DNA from: an uncultured Candidatus Saccharibacteria bacterium
GTDB lineage: Bacteria > Patescibacteriota > Minisyncoccia > Minisyncoccales > Staskawiczbacteraceae
Assembly: GCA_964475855.1 (NCBI GenBank)
Contig: CAYZAV010000002.1
Span: 51,933 to 115,932, forward strand
Direction of reading: 5' to 3'
Length of the DNA: 64,000 nt
Shown piece after piece: positions 26,906-36,008 of this stretch. The number at the start of each line of letters is the position of its first letter. Positions within the stretch are counted from its first letter, which is position 1. The notes beneath the pieces are model-generated. The model was given only the letters and a program-made list of their open reading frames with translations. It made no database searches and had not been told where the DNA came from. The position numbers were made by a program, and so were the translations under genes.

Positions 26906-28237
26906 ATGGCTAAAAAAATCTACGATATCTTGCCGCCAAAATTGGCGAACAAAGTGGAGGGTGCGGTAAAAGAAATGGGTTTGGCTCCAAAGCCTAAACG
27001 GACGCGCGGCGCCAAGAAAGCAGTATCAACTGCCAAGGCTTCTGTTTTAGATAAATCTTCGGTGGTACGGGCCGGCGTGGTAAAGGGAAAAAAAATCCCG
27101 TTAAAAGAATTGCTTATTGGTGGCGGGGTGATTATCTGTTTGCTTGGAGTGTATTTATTCACCACCTTGCCTAGCGCCCAAATCCGCATATCACCCGCCA
27201 CAGAACAGCTGAAACTAGAAGCAAGAATAACCGCTGACACGGACCAAAAAACGGTTGATAGTGCCAAGAAAATAATCCCGGCGCGATATGTTGAAGAACA
27301 ACAAGGGGGGAGCCAGGAATTTCCCGCAACCGGCAGCGCCTCCAATGATGGCAAGGCAGCCGGAACTATCAGGGTTTATAATAAGGTCAGCCCGTCAACA
27401 CCCATCGTATTAAAAGAGGGTACCCACTTTTTATCGGATTCAGGGAAATATTTTGTGATATCAGACAGGATTACGGTGCCGGCTATGCAAGGAAAAACTG
27501 CCGGGTCGGTTAGTGTGAAGGTCCAAGCAGAGGAATCGGGTGATGCATATAATATTGGTGCTTCAAAATTTTCCGTTCCCAAATTATCGGGTACTACTTA
27601 TTATTATGGCATTTGGGCTGAGTCTACTTCTGCTATGGCGGGAGGCTATCTGGGCGATGTTAAAAAAGTAACCGCTGATGACCTTGATAATGCGCGCGAC
27701 GTGTTCACTAAAAAATTGTTAGCCGAGGCAGAAGTTTCCCTGAAAAGCAAATTAGGCAGCGACGAAATATTACTGGATGGCGCGTTTTCCAAGAACGTAG
27801 TTGAGGCCTCGGCCAGTGCCAAGGCAAATGCGGTTGCTGAAAAATTCACCCAAACGGCCAAGGTGAAAGTGACGGCGTTGGTGGTTAAAAGATCGGATTT
27901 AGAACAACTGGTAAAAGCTAATTTGGTTTCCAACTTGTCTGACGGGAAAACATATTTGCCGGAAAGTGTGAATGTTGCATATGGTATCGATTCAGTTGAT
28001 ATCCAGGGTGGCGTGGCAAAAATTACGATGAAATCTTCGGCTGCTACGTATTATGCCGTAAATGTCAATGACTTGCTTGACCGAGTTGCCAACAAACCGG
28101 CGGATGAAATCAAGAATGCGATAACTGCCAAATATGGCGAAAAAGTCTCGGCCACTACGGTTGAGTTCTGGCCATTTTGGGTCACCAAGGCGCCAAGTAA
28201 TAAGGATAAAATTACCATCGAGGTTGTTTTTCCGTAA
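26906..28237 (+). CDS. Hypothetical membrane-anchored extracytoplasmic protein
   Basis: Start at MAKKIYDILPP. TM LLIGGGVIICLLGVYLFTTL. No confident family assignment. Confidence 0.5.
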   Translation: MAKKIYDILPPKLANKVEGAVKEMGLAPKPKRTRGAKKAVSTAKASVLDKSSVVRAGVVKGKKIPLKELLIGGGVIICLLGVYLFTTLPSAQIRISPATEQLKLEARITADTDQKTVDSAKKIIPARYVEEQQGGSQEFPATGSASNDGKAAGTIRVYNKVSPSTPIVLKEGTHFLSDSGKYFVISDRITVPAMQGKTAGSVSVKVQAEESGDAYNIGASKFSVPKLSGTTYYYGIWAESTSAMAGGYLGDVKKVTADDLDNARDVFTKKLLAEAEVSLKSKLGSDEILLDGAFSKNVVEASASAKANAVAEKFTQTAKVKVTALVVKRSDLEQLVKANLVSNLSDGKTYLPESVNVAYGIDSVDIQGGVAKITMKSSAATYYAVNVNDLLDRVANKPADEIKNAITAKYGEKVSATTVEFWPFWVTKAPSNKDKITIEVVFP

Positions 28238-28242
28238 TAGAC

Positions 28243-28271
28243 TTGACCTTTGGAATGAAATTTGATAATAT
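28243..28271 (+). promoter_or_regulatory. Promoter of the infA-rpmJ-rpsM... unit
   Basis: TTGACC(28243-28248)-17-TAATAT(28266-28271), 12 nt before ATG 28284. Confidence 0.55.
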
Positions 28272-28283
28272 CAGATTTATTAT

Positions 28284-28535
28284 ATGGATGAGGTAAAAGA
28301 CAGTCTGCCAAACGGGCAAGACTCAAAGAAAGTCATCAAATTGGAAGGCAGAGTGATAGAGGCTTTACCCAACGCCTTTTTTAAGGTAGTATTGGAGGAC
28401 GGGAAAGAATTGATGGGGTTTTTGTCAGGAAAGATGAGACTCAACCGTATTAAGATTTTACCGGGAGATAAAGTGACGCTGGAAATGAGTCCGTATGACG
28501 ACAAAAAAGGAAGAATAGTATATCGACTTAAATAA
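28284..28535 (+). CDS. infA: Translation initiation factor IF-1
   Basis: [19 protein letters not shown]...ILPGDKV S1-like fold pattern. Confidence 0.93.
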   Translation: MDEVKDSLPNGQDSKKVIKLEGRVIEALPNAFFKVVLEDGKELMGFLSGKMRLNRIKILPGDKVTLEMSPYDDKKGRIVYRLK

Positions 28536-28537
28536 TT

Positions 28538-28654
28538 ATGAAAGTTCGGCCATCAATAAAACCAATGTGCAATGATTGCCAGATTGTAAAACGATCGGGT
28601 ACGCTTTACGTTATTTGCAAGAAAAATCCAAAACATAAACAGCGACAAGGTTAA
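28538..28654 (+). CDS. rpmJ: 50S ribosomal protein L36
   Basis: Not in the ORF track (38 aa). My translation: [38 protein letters not shown]. Confidence 0.93.
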   Translation: MKVRPSIKPMCNDCQIVKRSGTLYVICKKNPKHKQRQG

Positions 28655-28658
28655 TATT

Positions 28659-29048
28659 ATGCCAAGAATAGCGGGAGTTACTATCCCAGAAAATAAACGT
28701 ATCATTATTGCCATCACCTATATTTACGGAATAGGGAACTCTTTGAGTAAGAAAATTTTAGAACAAACTAAAATTGATCCGAGCAAATTTGCCAAAGACC
28801 TGACAGCTGAAGAAGTGAATGCCCTGAAAGAGTGCATTGATCAAACCACCAAAATTGAAGGAGATTTACGCAGACAAGTGATGATTAATATAAAACGACT
28901 GAAAGATATTGGAACTTGGAGGGGGTCAAGACACGCTAAACGGTTACCGGTACGCGGACAAAGGACAAAGACAAATACCCGGACGGTGCGCGGAAACGTA
29001 AGAAAAACAATGGGATCAGGAAGAAAACCATCTGCTTCCCCAACATAA
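28659..29048 (+). CDS. rpsM: 30S ribosomal protein S13
   Basis: MPRIAGVTIPENKR... Confidence 0.96.
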   Translation: MPRIAGVTIPENKRIIIAITYIYGIGNSLSKKILEQTKIDPSKFAKDLTAEEVNALKECIDQTTKIEGDLRRQVMINIKRLKDIGTWRGSRHAKRLPVRGQRTKTNTRTVRGNVRKTMGSGRKPSASPT

Positions 29049-29059
29049 TCTGAAAATAT

Positions 29060-29512
29060 ATGGGAAAAAAACAAGTCGCAGAACAAAACCAGGAGCAGGC
29101 AATGAAAGACTCGGAGAAGATCGAGGCGAATTTGAATAAGGAAGTAAAGGTAAAAGCTTCCGAAAAAGTAGCCGAAGCCAGAGTTTATATTTCTTCTTCC
29201 TATAATAACACCATTATTACCCTTACCAATGCCAGGGGGCAGGTATTGTCTTCGAAATCAGCCGGGGCGGTGGGATTTAAAGGAACCAAAAAATCAACCT
29301 CATTTGCCGCTTCACGGGTTTCTGAAGCCATTGCCAATATTTGTAAAAAATTGGGGGTTGAGAAATTGGATGTGTTTATCAAAGGCATCGGGGCGGGCAG
29401 GGAATCGGCCGTCAGGACGCTGGTAAACCAAGGACTGAATGTGGTTTCTATTAAAGATGTAACACCAATTCCGCACAACGGGGTAACTCCAAGAAAAGTA
29501 AGAAGGGTATAG
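29060..29512 (+). CDS. rpsK: 30S ribosomal protein S11 (about 20-aa N-terminal extension)
   Basis: SSSYNNTIITLTNARG core. Confidence 0.95.
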   Translation: MGKKQVAEQNQEQAMKDSEKIEANLNKEVKVKASEKVAEARVYISSSYNNTIITLTNARGQVLSSKSAGAVGFKGTKKSTSFAASRVSEAIANICKKLGVEKLDVFIKGIGAGRESAVRTLVNQGLNVVSIKDVTPIPHNGVTPRKVRRV

Positions 29513-29521
29513 TAACATACT

Positions 29522-30112
29522 ATGGCTGAAACAAAACAAACAACAAAACCAGGGGCGTTCACCGATCCGTTTGCCAAAAAACAGGGCATGGGAGGAGGGC
29601 CTGAAAAAAAACGGCAGAAAGCGGCTTCCGAATACAAAAAATCTCTGCAAGAAAAGCAGACCTTGAAACGTCTGTACGGATTATCTGAAAAGCAGTTTAA
29701 AAAGTATGTGAAAAATGCCCTGGAAAAAATGGGCAGGGTTGAAAACGTATCCGACGAACTGATAAAGTATCTTGAAAAGCGACTGGATAATGTGGTCTTT
29801 AGGCTGGGATTTGCAAAAACCAGGGCTCATGCGCGCCAGCTTGTTTCTCATGCTTATTTTAAGATTAATGGAAAACCGGTAAATATCCCATCCTACCAAG
29901 TACAAAAGAATGACGTTATTTCCCTGAAAGATATCAAAAAGAAAAAGGGAGTGTTTGTTGAATTGCCAGGAGAATTGAAAAAGATGGAAGCTCCGCTATG
30001 GCTGAAAATGGACAAAGAAAAATTAGAAGCCCTGACTATTGGCGAGCCATCGTTAGCAGAAGTGAATCCGCCAGTTGAAATTTCATTAATATTCGAATTT
30101 TATTCACGTTAA
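29522..30112 (+). CDS. rpsD: 30S ribosomal protein S4
   Basis: S4-domain LDNVVFRLGFAKTRAHARQLVSH. Confidence 0.95.
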   Translation: MAETKQTTKPGAFTDPFAKKQGMGGGPEKKRQKAASEYKKSLQEKQTLKRLYGLSEKQFKKYVKNALEKMGRVENVSDELIKYLEKRLDNVVFRLGFAKTRAHARQLVSHAYFKINGKPVNIPSYQVQKNDVISLKDIKKKKGVFVELPGELKKMEAPLWLKMDKEKLEALTIGEPSLAEVNPPVEISLIFEFYSR

Positions 30113-30119
30113 TTAATCG

Positions 30120-30180
30120 CATGGAGCACGTGATATGGAACAATTAACCTAAGGTTATGTTTCATGTTTCATGCTTCATG
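30120..30180. repeat. Word-built inverted repeat (catg/gtttcat words) between rpsD and rpoA
   Basis: catggagcacgtgatatggaacaattaacc-taa-ggttatgtttcatgtttcatgcttcatg. Confidence 0.6.
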
Positions 30181-30190
30181 ATTAAAGTAT

Positions 30191-30970
30191 ATGATACCGC
30201 TACCAGTAGCGCCAATTGTAATCAAAAAAGGCAAAAACCAAGCCGTTTTTGAAGTGCAGGGATTGTATCCTGGTTATGGGGTAACCGTGGGAAACACTTT
30301 GCGCAGAGTATTGCTTTCCTCATTGGAGGGCGTAGCTGTTACCGAGGTGAAAATCAAAGGCGTGGCACACGAATTTTCCACCATTGCCGGCGTGCAGGAA
30401 GATGTGATTATGATTTTGTTGAACCTGAAAAATTTAAGGTTTAAAATACACGAAGGCACCACCCAAAAAGTGATACTTTCAGTAAAAGGTGAAAAAGAAG
30501 TGACCGGGGCCGATTTTGCACTTTCACCACAGGTGAAACTGGCGAATCCAGAGCTTCATATTGCCACCATTACTGATAAAAAAACTGAATTGGAAATTGA
30601 GATAAAAATTGAAAAAGGAATTGGGTATGAGCCAAAGGATCATCGGAAAATAAAAAGCACGGAAATTGGAGCGATTATATTGGATGCTATTTTTACACCG
30701 ATTAAAAACGTTAATTTTCAAGTGGAAAGCATGCGTATCGGCGACCGGACCGACTTTGACAAGTTATCACTTCAGATGGAAACCGACGGAACTCTGACCC
30801 CAGAAGAAGCGTTCTACGAAGCGTGCGATATTATCATCAAACACTTCAGTATTATTTTCGAAGGAAAAGGAATGGTAATGCCTGAAGCGATAACAGAAGG
30901 AGGGGAAGAAGAAAAACCGGCCAAAAAAGCAGCTGCCAAGAAAAAAGCGGTTGCTAAGAAAAAGAAATAA
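30191..30970 (+). CDS. rpoA: DNA-directed RNA polymerase alpha subunit, N-terminal domain only (259 aa, Lys-rich tail, no CTD)
   Basis: NTD motifs GNTLRRVLLSS, FTPIKNVNFQVE, RIGDRTDFDKL. Ends ...EEEKPAKKAAAKKKAVAKKKK*. Confidence 0.9.
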   Translation: MIPLPVAPIVIKKGKNQAVFEVQGLYPGYGVTVGNTLRRVLLSSLEGVAVTEVKIKGVAHEFSTIAGVQEDVIMILLNLKNLRFKIHEGTTQKVILSVKGEKEVTGADFALSPQVKLANPELHIATITDKKTELEIEIKIEKGIGYEPKDHRKIKSTEIGAIILDAIFTPIKNVNFQVESMRIGDRTDFDKLSLQMETDGTLTPEEAFYEACDIIIKHFSIIFEGKGMVMPEAITEGGEEEKPAKKAAAKKKAVAKKKK

Positions 30971-30972
30971 AG

Positions 30973-31066
30973 AATAAGGTATCCCGCGGAAATCAGGCCG
31001 CAAGGTATACGATATAATTAAGACTGATTTCCGAGGTGAATTTACTCACTTCGTTCATAAATTCAA
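30973..31066 (+). repeat. Dispersed ~95-bp leader-proximal element, copy 2 (fills the rpoA stop to rplQ ATG gap)
   Basis: aataaggtatcccgcggaaatcaggccgcaaggtatacgatataattaagactgatttccgaggtgaatttactcacttcgttcataaattcaaATG. Confidence 0.75.
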
Positions 31067-31417
31067 ATGCGAAAAAAGAATAAAGGCAGAAAATTATCAA
31101 GGCTCAAAAACCAACGGGTGGCGGTGTTAAGGACACTGGCAACCAGTCTTTTTTTGCATGAAAAAATAGAAACCACAGAAGCCAAAGCCAAGGAGTTGCG
31201 CATTGTGGCTGAAAAAATGATTACCCGGGCCCGGGAAAATTCCCTCGCCAACCGGCGCGTATTGGCAAAAGAAATAAATCCCGAAATATTAAAAAAACTG
31301 ATGGCTGACATTGCGCCAAGATACGCCACGCGACCGGGTGGATATACTCGGATTATCAAGCTTGGGCCCCGAAAGTCTGACAGCGCCAGAATGGCCATCA
31401 TAGAACTTGTGAAGTAA
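31067..31417 (+). CDS. rplQ: 50S ribosomal protein L17
   Basis: 116 aa, [10 protein letters not shown]...[15 protein letters not shown]. Confidence 0.95.
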   Translation: MRKKNKGRKLSRLKNQRVAVLRTLATSLFLHEKIETTEAKAKELRIVAEKMITRARENSLANRRVLAKEINPEILKKLMADIAPRYATRPGGYTRIIKLGPRKSDSARMAIIELVK

Positions 31418-31421
31418 AACT

Positions 31422-31787
31422 ATGGAAGAAATAATAAAACGGGAACAACATATCATTGACGCGACTGACAAAGTATTGGGCCGATTGGCTACCCAAGTGG
31501 TTATTTTGCTTCGCGGAAAAAACAAGCCGGGGTTTGAAGCTTACAAAGATATGGGAGATTATGTCACTATTAAAAATGTGGATAAGCTTAGATTTACCGG
31601 AAACAAATTCAAGAATAAAATTTATTACCACCACACCTTGTATATGGGAGGATTGAAAGAGGCTACTATGAAAGAGCTGTCTGAAAAGAAAGGGCACTCC
31701 GAAGTTTTTAGGAAAGCAGTAATGGGTATGCTTACCAAAAATAAACTACGCGCGAGGCAAATAAAGCGTTTACGCTTTGAAAAGTAA
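31422..31787 (+). CDS. rplM: 50S ribosomal protein L13
   Basis: IIDATDKVLGRLATQVV.LLRGK. Confidence 0.94.
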   Translation: MEEIIKREQHIIDATDKVLGRLATQVVILLRGKNKPGFEAYKDMGDYVTIKNVDKLRFTGNKFKNKIYYHHTLYMGGLKEATMKELSEKKGHSEVFRKAVMGMLTKNKLRARQIKRLRFEK

Positions 31788-31802
31788 CCAGTAATCCGCA
31801 AA

Positions 31803-32360
31803 ATGGCAACAAAAACAACAACTAAAAAAACTACGGAAGAAAAGGAAGTGATAAAACCAATTGTGCCGGTGGTATCGGTTTTGCCGGTCAAAAAAGTTGA
31901 GGTGGATGATGATTTTGATTCGTTAAGCCCCGAAGATTTTCCAACTGAAAAAGATGTGGCCGCTAAGCCAGATCGGTATTTCGAAGCAACTGGCCGCAGA
32001 AAAACCGCAGTTGCCCGTGTGAGGATTTTTACCCGAGGTGAGAAGCAGTTTTTGGTAAACGGTGCGCCATATCAGCAGTATTTTACCTTGGTAGCTGACC
32101 AAGACATGGTAACCGCTTCCATGCGCAAAATGAAATGCCTGGATAAATTTAAAGTTACCGTAATCGTAAAGGGCGGAGGACGCAGCGCTCAAGCTGAGGC
32201 TGTCCGTCATGGAACTGCTCGGGCCTTGGTAGATTTTAATAATAATTTTAAAAAGCGCTTGCGTAAAGTAGGTTATCTGACTCGCGACCCAAGAATGAGA
32301 GAAAGAAAGAAGTTCGGATTGAAGAGGGCTAGAAAGTCCCCACAGTGGGCAAAGAGATAA
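31803..32360 (+). CDS. rpsI: 30S ribosomal protein S9 (about 55-aa N-terminal extension)
   Basis: ATGRRKTAVARV...; C-terminal ...RKSPQWAKR. Confidence 0.94.
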   Translation: MATKTTTKKTTEEKEVIKPIVPVVSVLPVKKVEVDDDFDSLSPEDFPTEKDVAAKPDRYFEATGRRKTAVARVRIFTRGEKQFLVNGAPYQQYFTLVADQDMVTASMRKMKCLDKFKVTVIVKGGGRSAQAEAVRHGTARALVDFNNNFKKRLRKVGYLTRDPRMRERKKFGLKRARKSPQWAKR

Positions 32361-32377
32361 GACGTATCATTCGCAAC

Positions 32378-32405
32378 AAAAAGCACCGAAAAACGGTGCT
32401 TTTTG
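32378..32405 (+). terminator. Intrinsic terminator after rpsI
   Basis: AGCACCG-aaaaa-CGGTGCT followed by ttttg. Confidence 0.7.
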
Positions 32406-32417
32406 TTGCAGTTTCGA

Positions 32418-32446
32418 TTGACAGAATTTGGTTAAGGCACTAGTAT
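32418..32446 (+). promoter_or_regulatory. Promoter of the 71-aa cassette gene
   Basis: TTGACA(32418-32423)-17-TAGTAT(32441-32446). Confidence 0.55.
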
Positions 32447-32489
32447 GCATCTAGTTCTGAATTTCTCTTGTCTTTAGGAGGCAGAAACG

Positions 32490-32705
32490 ATGATGTATCT
32501 TTTCTTGGCTACGGATGGAGATCCGCACTTGAGCATGGAAAAGCCACCGAAAGATTCCCTCTGGGTGGAGGTTAAGATCGATGGAGGTTTCCTTGTTTTG
32601 GCCAATCGCTACTTTCCGATCGTTGCCAAGGCAGGAATGGAATTGCAAAAGAAGCTCCGAGAAATCGAATTTACCACAGACTTGGCAAGACGCGATGAGT
32701 TGTAA
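32490..32705 (+). CDS. Small hypothetical protein (71 aa, SD-bearing cassette)
   Basis: AGGAGG(32476-32481) precedes the ATG; has its own promoter and terminator. Confidence 0.5.
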   Translation: MMYLFLATDGDPHLSMEKPPKDSLWVEVKIDGGFLVLANRYFPIVAKAGMELQKKLREIEFTTDLARRDEL

Positions 32706-32716
32706 TTAGATCGATA

Positions 32717-32746
32717 GGGGGGGTACTTCAGTACCCTCTTTTTTAT
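32717..32746 (+). terminator. Intrinsic terminator
   Basis: GGGTAC-ttca-GTACCC followed by tctttttt. Confidence 0.65.
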
Positions 32747-32754
32747 TGTGTAAT

Positions 32755-32777
32755 GAAAAAGCCGCCCTTGTGGCGGC
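32755..32777 (-). terminator. Terminator of the PEGA-domain gene
   Basis: GCCGCC-cttgt-GGCGGC preceded by an A-run on the plus strand. Confidence 0.6.
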
Positions 32778-32797
32778 TCATATTCAGACAAAAGCTT

Positions 32798-34162
32798 TTA
32801 CGGCACCAACTTTTCGGAAATCACCAAGGTCCTTTCAGTTAACAAATACACTTTTTTATCTCGGTCGCTGAAAAATATGGTTGGGTTTTTTATTTCAATA
32901 TTCAGCGTAGTGCCAGTGGTATCAATCACGGAAATAGTTTTTGGCAGCGGTGCCACGTTTACATTTCCACGGGCGTCAATTTCGGAAATAATAACACTGT
33001 CTTCTGCGGTAAATATCACGTAATCATTGTTGAACCAATGAACTTCGCTGATGGTGGCGGTAACATTGCCTAGTGATATTTTCCCGGCTACAGGCTCTTT
33101 TAAGATAGTGTAGAATATTTCGTGTGGAGTAAAAAAGGTAATTTTTTCCTGATCAGGGGAAAGCTTCAAACCCTGTACTTGTTCAAAAAATGGCACGAAC
33201 ATATTATTGGCACGGTCCAGGGAAAAGGTGCTATCGCCCTGCTTCAAAAACACCATGTCATCAAGGACCACCAAGCTATAATTAGCAGTTTTTTGGATCG
33301 TAAATGCCTGATTAGTAAGCTTGGTGCTTGTTACGCCAAGCAGGGTGGTTTGATATAAAAATCCATCATAGGAAAAAACTACGAGATTGTTTCCGGTCGT
33401 TGCATACGTCGCTATATTTTTTACCAACGGCGCTGCCGCAAGCGATGAATAAAGATTTTTATCTTTGATGAAAAACAATTCAGTGCTATTGTCCGGGTTA
33501 AATGAAACTTGCCGGACTTGTTTGAGTGCTGGTAGGGGAGTAATGGCAAGAGTATCGGCCAATATATCCAGTAAAAAATAACTGCCGGAAAGAGTGACAA
33601 GCGCTTTTTTTGAATCGTTTGACCAGGTAATACTGGCTATTTTCCCATGTACCGCCGCCAGGCTATAGGTTTTTGCTGGCCTGTTGTTTTGCGCGCCCAC
33701 TTCAAATTCAATAGTGTTTTTGGTAATAATAGCTGTCAGTAGTGTGATTTGGTCGGGGGCAAGCGAGAAATAATCCACGTTATTTTTTGCTAAACTGAAG
33801 GCGGGACTTTCTTTAAATAATATTACCTCTTCCAGTTTAGTAACTTCACTGTCTTTTACGGGTAAGGTTTTTTGATAACTGATGTAGGCATCTTTTTTAA
33901 TGCTTACCGAATGATTGCCGTGTACCAGGTTTTGGACAAAAATAGAGGGATTAAAATAGGTGGTCCTTTCTGAAGGTTGCGTATCAATGGAAATTTCTGC
34001 GCCGGTGGGAATTGCCTTGACATAAATGCCGCCGGTGGAAATAATTTCATGGTTGATAAAATCAAATCGGTAGCCCAGGGCATAAAAAACAAGCAGTGGG
34101 GTAGCTGCTAAAAAGACCAGGGCGCAACTAGCCAGAATCAATAAACGGGTTCTTAGTTTCAT
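32798..34162 (-). CDS. Membrane-anchored PEGA-domain protein with a beta-rich extracytoplasmic region
   Basis: N-terminal TM. PEGA-like GGIYVKAIPTGAEISID...GNHSVSIKKDAYISYQKTL. Confidence 0.6.
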   Translation of the reverse strand: MKLRTRLLILASCALVFLAATPLLVFYALGYRFDFINHEIISTGGIYVKAIPTGAEISIDTQPSERTTYFNPSIFVQNLVHGNHSVSIKKDAYISYQKTLPVKDSEVTKLEEVILFKESPAFSLAKNNVDYFSLAPDQITLLTAIITKNTIEFEVGAQNNRPAKTYSLAAVHGKIASITWSNDSKKALVTLSGSYFLLDILADTLAITPLPALKQVRQVSFNPDNSTELFFIKDKNLYSSLAAAPLVKNIATYATTGNNLVVFSYDGFLYQTTLLGVTSTKLTNQAFTIQKTANYSLVVLDDMVFLKQGDSTFSLDRANNMFVPFFEQVQGLKLSPDQEKITFFTPHEIFYTILKEPVAGKISLGNVTATISEVHWFNNDYVIFTAEDSVIISEIDARGNVNVAPLPKTISVIDTTGTTLNIEIKNPTIFFSDRDKKVYLLTERTLVISEKLVP

Positions 34163-34193
34163 GCGGTTATCCTAGCAGAAAGAGGGGTATATT

Positions 34194-34895
34194 TCAACCA
34201 GACTTGGCTTGGAGTAGTTTCTTTGTATATTCTTTAAATTCCACCTGTTCACTGATGGGATTGAAGGTTTCCAGGGCAATGTAATTGCCGAATAAAAAAT
34301 CGGGGAGTGTTTTGATGTAATCAAAATCTTTTAAGCTTTTAATGGTGTGCATATCTACATTTTTTTGCCCGTCCCAGCCGTTTAAGTGGTTGCATTTAAA
34401 AATATGCTTTTGCCTCCGGCGCCAGACATAGTCAAAATCTTTTGATAATTTTTCCATACCGCACTTAAAATGCGCAAGATCAACGCAAAATCCGCCGATT
34501 TTTTCTACCTGGACGGTTTTGGAAACAAAATCATCAAAATTCATTTCCAGGTAAATGTTCCGGTAAAACCCATGCCACTTTTCCATATCATGGCGAGCAA
34601 AATTTTCTTCGTGGCAGGTGAAATACTTGGTGCCAAAGCGGTCACGGAGCCATAGTAATTCTTCACTATGCATGTCATGGCGCAGATGCACTACAGGGAT
34701 GCTTTTAACGCCAGAATCCAATAGCGCTGCGTATATTTCCTGTTTTTCCTGTCTATTATACAGTTCCAAAAATAGGGCGATTTCGGTAATGTCGCGTTTT
34801 TTAATTTCTTTTAGTTTATTCTGCCACGGCTCAATGGGAGAGTGGTGAGCATATTCTTTTCCGTAGCCGGTAATGGAAACTAAAACATGTTTCAT
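34194..34895 (-). CDS. Hypothetical protein (His-rich, possibly a TIM-barrel-like hydrolase/isomerase)
   Basis: Start at MKHVLVSITGYG (ATG 34895). No confident family. AT-rich, no SD. Confidence 0.45.
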   Translation of the reverse strand: MKHVLVSITGYGKEYAHHSPIEPWQNKLKEIKKRDITEIALFLELYNRQEKQEIYAALLDSGVKSIPVVHLRHDMHSEELLWLRDRFGTKYFTCHEENFARHDMEKWHGFYRNIYLEMNFDDFVSKTVQVEKIGGFCVDLAHFKCGMEKLSKDFDYVWRRRQKHIFKCNHLNGWDGQKNVDMHTIKSLKDFDYIKTLPDFLFGNYIALETFNPISEQVEFKEYTKKLLQAKSG

Positions 34896-34924
34896 ATTAG
34901 GTAATAATAGCCCAAAAAATTCCA

Positions 34925-34955
34925 TAAAAAAAGCCCTTTCGCGGGTGCGAAAGGG
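34925..34955 (-). terminator. Terminator of YfiH-like paralog 1
   Basis: CCCTTTCGC-gggt-GCGAAAGGG with an A-run on the plus strand. Confidence 0.65.
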
Positions 34956-34964
34956 TATGGTATT

Positions 34965-35882
34965 TTACAGCTTTTCGAAGCCGTCGTTGGTGAGACAACT
35001 GTCTAGGAATGCGATTGCCATATTGCGGCCATCGGTGGCTTGCCTGCCTGCTTTGAAGCGGTTATGCGACCAGAACAAGGGCTTACCGTTTTCTTCTGCG
35101 CAGCAGGTACACCGGTCATTGACCAAGATGCGATTTTCGGGAATGCCGGCGATGCGCAGCATGAACTTGCACAGGGCATAAAGGTCCACGGTCAGATGTC
35201 CCTCGCCAAAGGGACTTTTAGCAGTAGTTTTCTGCAAACACATACGAAGGATAGCGCCGAGGCGGGTTTTTGACGGATCAGAGATTTCCGGCTTGTCGGC
35301 ATATTCGGGCAGCCAACAGCATGGGCCAATGCCATAGCCAATATAGGCGCGGGTTCGGGAAACATTGAAATGTTCCATGGCCGTCATGAGGATATTGGGT
35401 TCCTTGGAGTCTTCCCTGATCAGTGCGCGGTATCCGGCGTGGAGCACCGCCATTCTGTCTTCCTCAACCAAAGCGATGATCGGGCAGTCGGCGTTGAAAA
35501 AAGCAACAGCGTTTTTTTCGCCAAACACGATGCCGCCATCGGCCGGGCTTTTTGTCCGGGTCATGACAATCTCGGTTCTTTCCTCTTGCCCAATGACCAC
35601 GCTGTTATCATAGCAGGCGCCGTCAACCGGGTCATCCTTGGGATCTCCTGGGCCGTAGATGGGAGTCATCACCGTGCGGGCATGGACATCGTCGTCTTGG
35701 CCAAGATACACCACCCGGTTAGTAAAGGCGGGCTTGGGACAAAACAGGGTGTTGGGGCGCAAGGCCAGGAAATCCTGGCGCGCGTGAAACACTTTTTGCA
35801 TGAAATCTTCACGCGAAAGGTTAGTGGGGCTGCAGTTCCATTGCATGCCCACCAGAGACCGGTACAAACGCAAATCTGCCAT
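34965..35882 (-). CDS. YfiH/PgeF (DUF152, Cu-oxidase_4)-like protein, divergent paralog 1
   Basis: FFNADCPIIAL....AVLHAGYRA, GIGPCC, VDLY..C...L...GIPE..I....CTCC....FWSHNR...DGRNMAIAFL follow the YfiH motif order. GGAG SD motif. G+C-rich. Confidence 0.6.
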   Translation of the reverse strand: MADLRLYRSLVGMQWNCSPTNLSREDFMQKVFHARQDFLALRPNTLFCPKPAFTNRVVYLGQDDDVHARTVMTPIYGPGDPKDDPVDGACYDNSVVIGQEERTEIVMTRTKSPADGGIVFGEKNAVAFFNADCPIIALVEEDRMAVLHAGYRALIREDSKEPNILMTAMEHFNVSRTRAYIGYGIGPCCWLPEYADKPEISDPSKTRLGAILRMCLQKTTAKSPFGEGHLTVDLYALCKFMLRIAGIPENRILVNDRCTCCAEENGKPLFWSHNRFKAGRQATDGRNMAIAFLDSCLTNDGFEKL

Positions 35883-35931
35883 TACTAATCTCCAAAAAAG
35901 TCCTGAGCATTGTTAAGGGGCGAATGCCATT

Positions 35932-35960
35932 AATGTATCACAAATAAATAATATTGTCAA
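35932..35960 (-). promoter_or_regulatory. Promoter of YfiH-like paralog 1
   Basis: Minus strand TTGACA(35960-35955)-17-TACATT(35937-35932). Its ttgacaatattattt core is shared with the 7596..7624 promoter. Confidence 0.55.
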
Positions 35961-35974
35961 ATATTTTCGTCAAT

Positions 35975-36000
35975 AAAAAACCTCTCCGGGTAGAGAGGTT
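35975..36000 (-). terminator. Terminator of YfiH-like paralog 2
   Basis: AACCTCTC-cgggta-GAGAGGTT with an A-run on the plus strand. Confidence 0.65.
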
Positions 36001-36008
36001 CTGATTAT

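Noticed and set aside
19499-30180. Using G-U wobble asymmetry to assign a transcribed strand to the word-built hairpins.
   Set aside because: Hand pairing gave opposite answers for two hairpins. 30120..30180 favours the plus strand with 4 G-U pairs; 19499..19567 has C-A/A-C mismatches that would favour the minus strand. No general claim is made.
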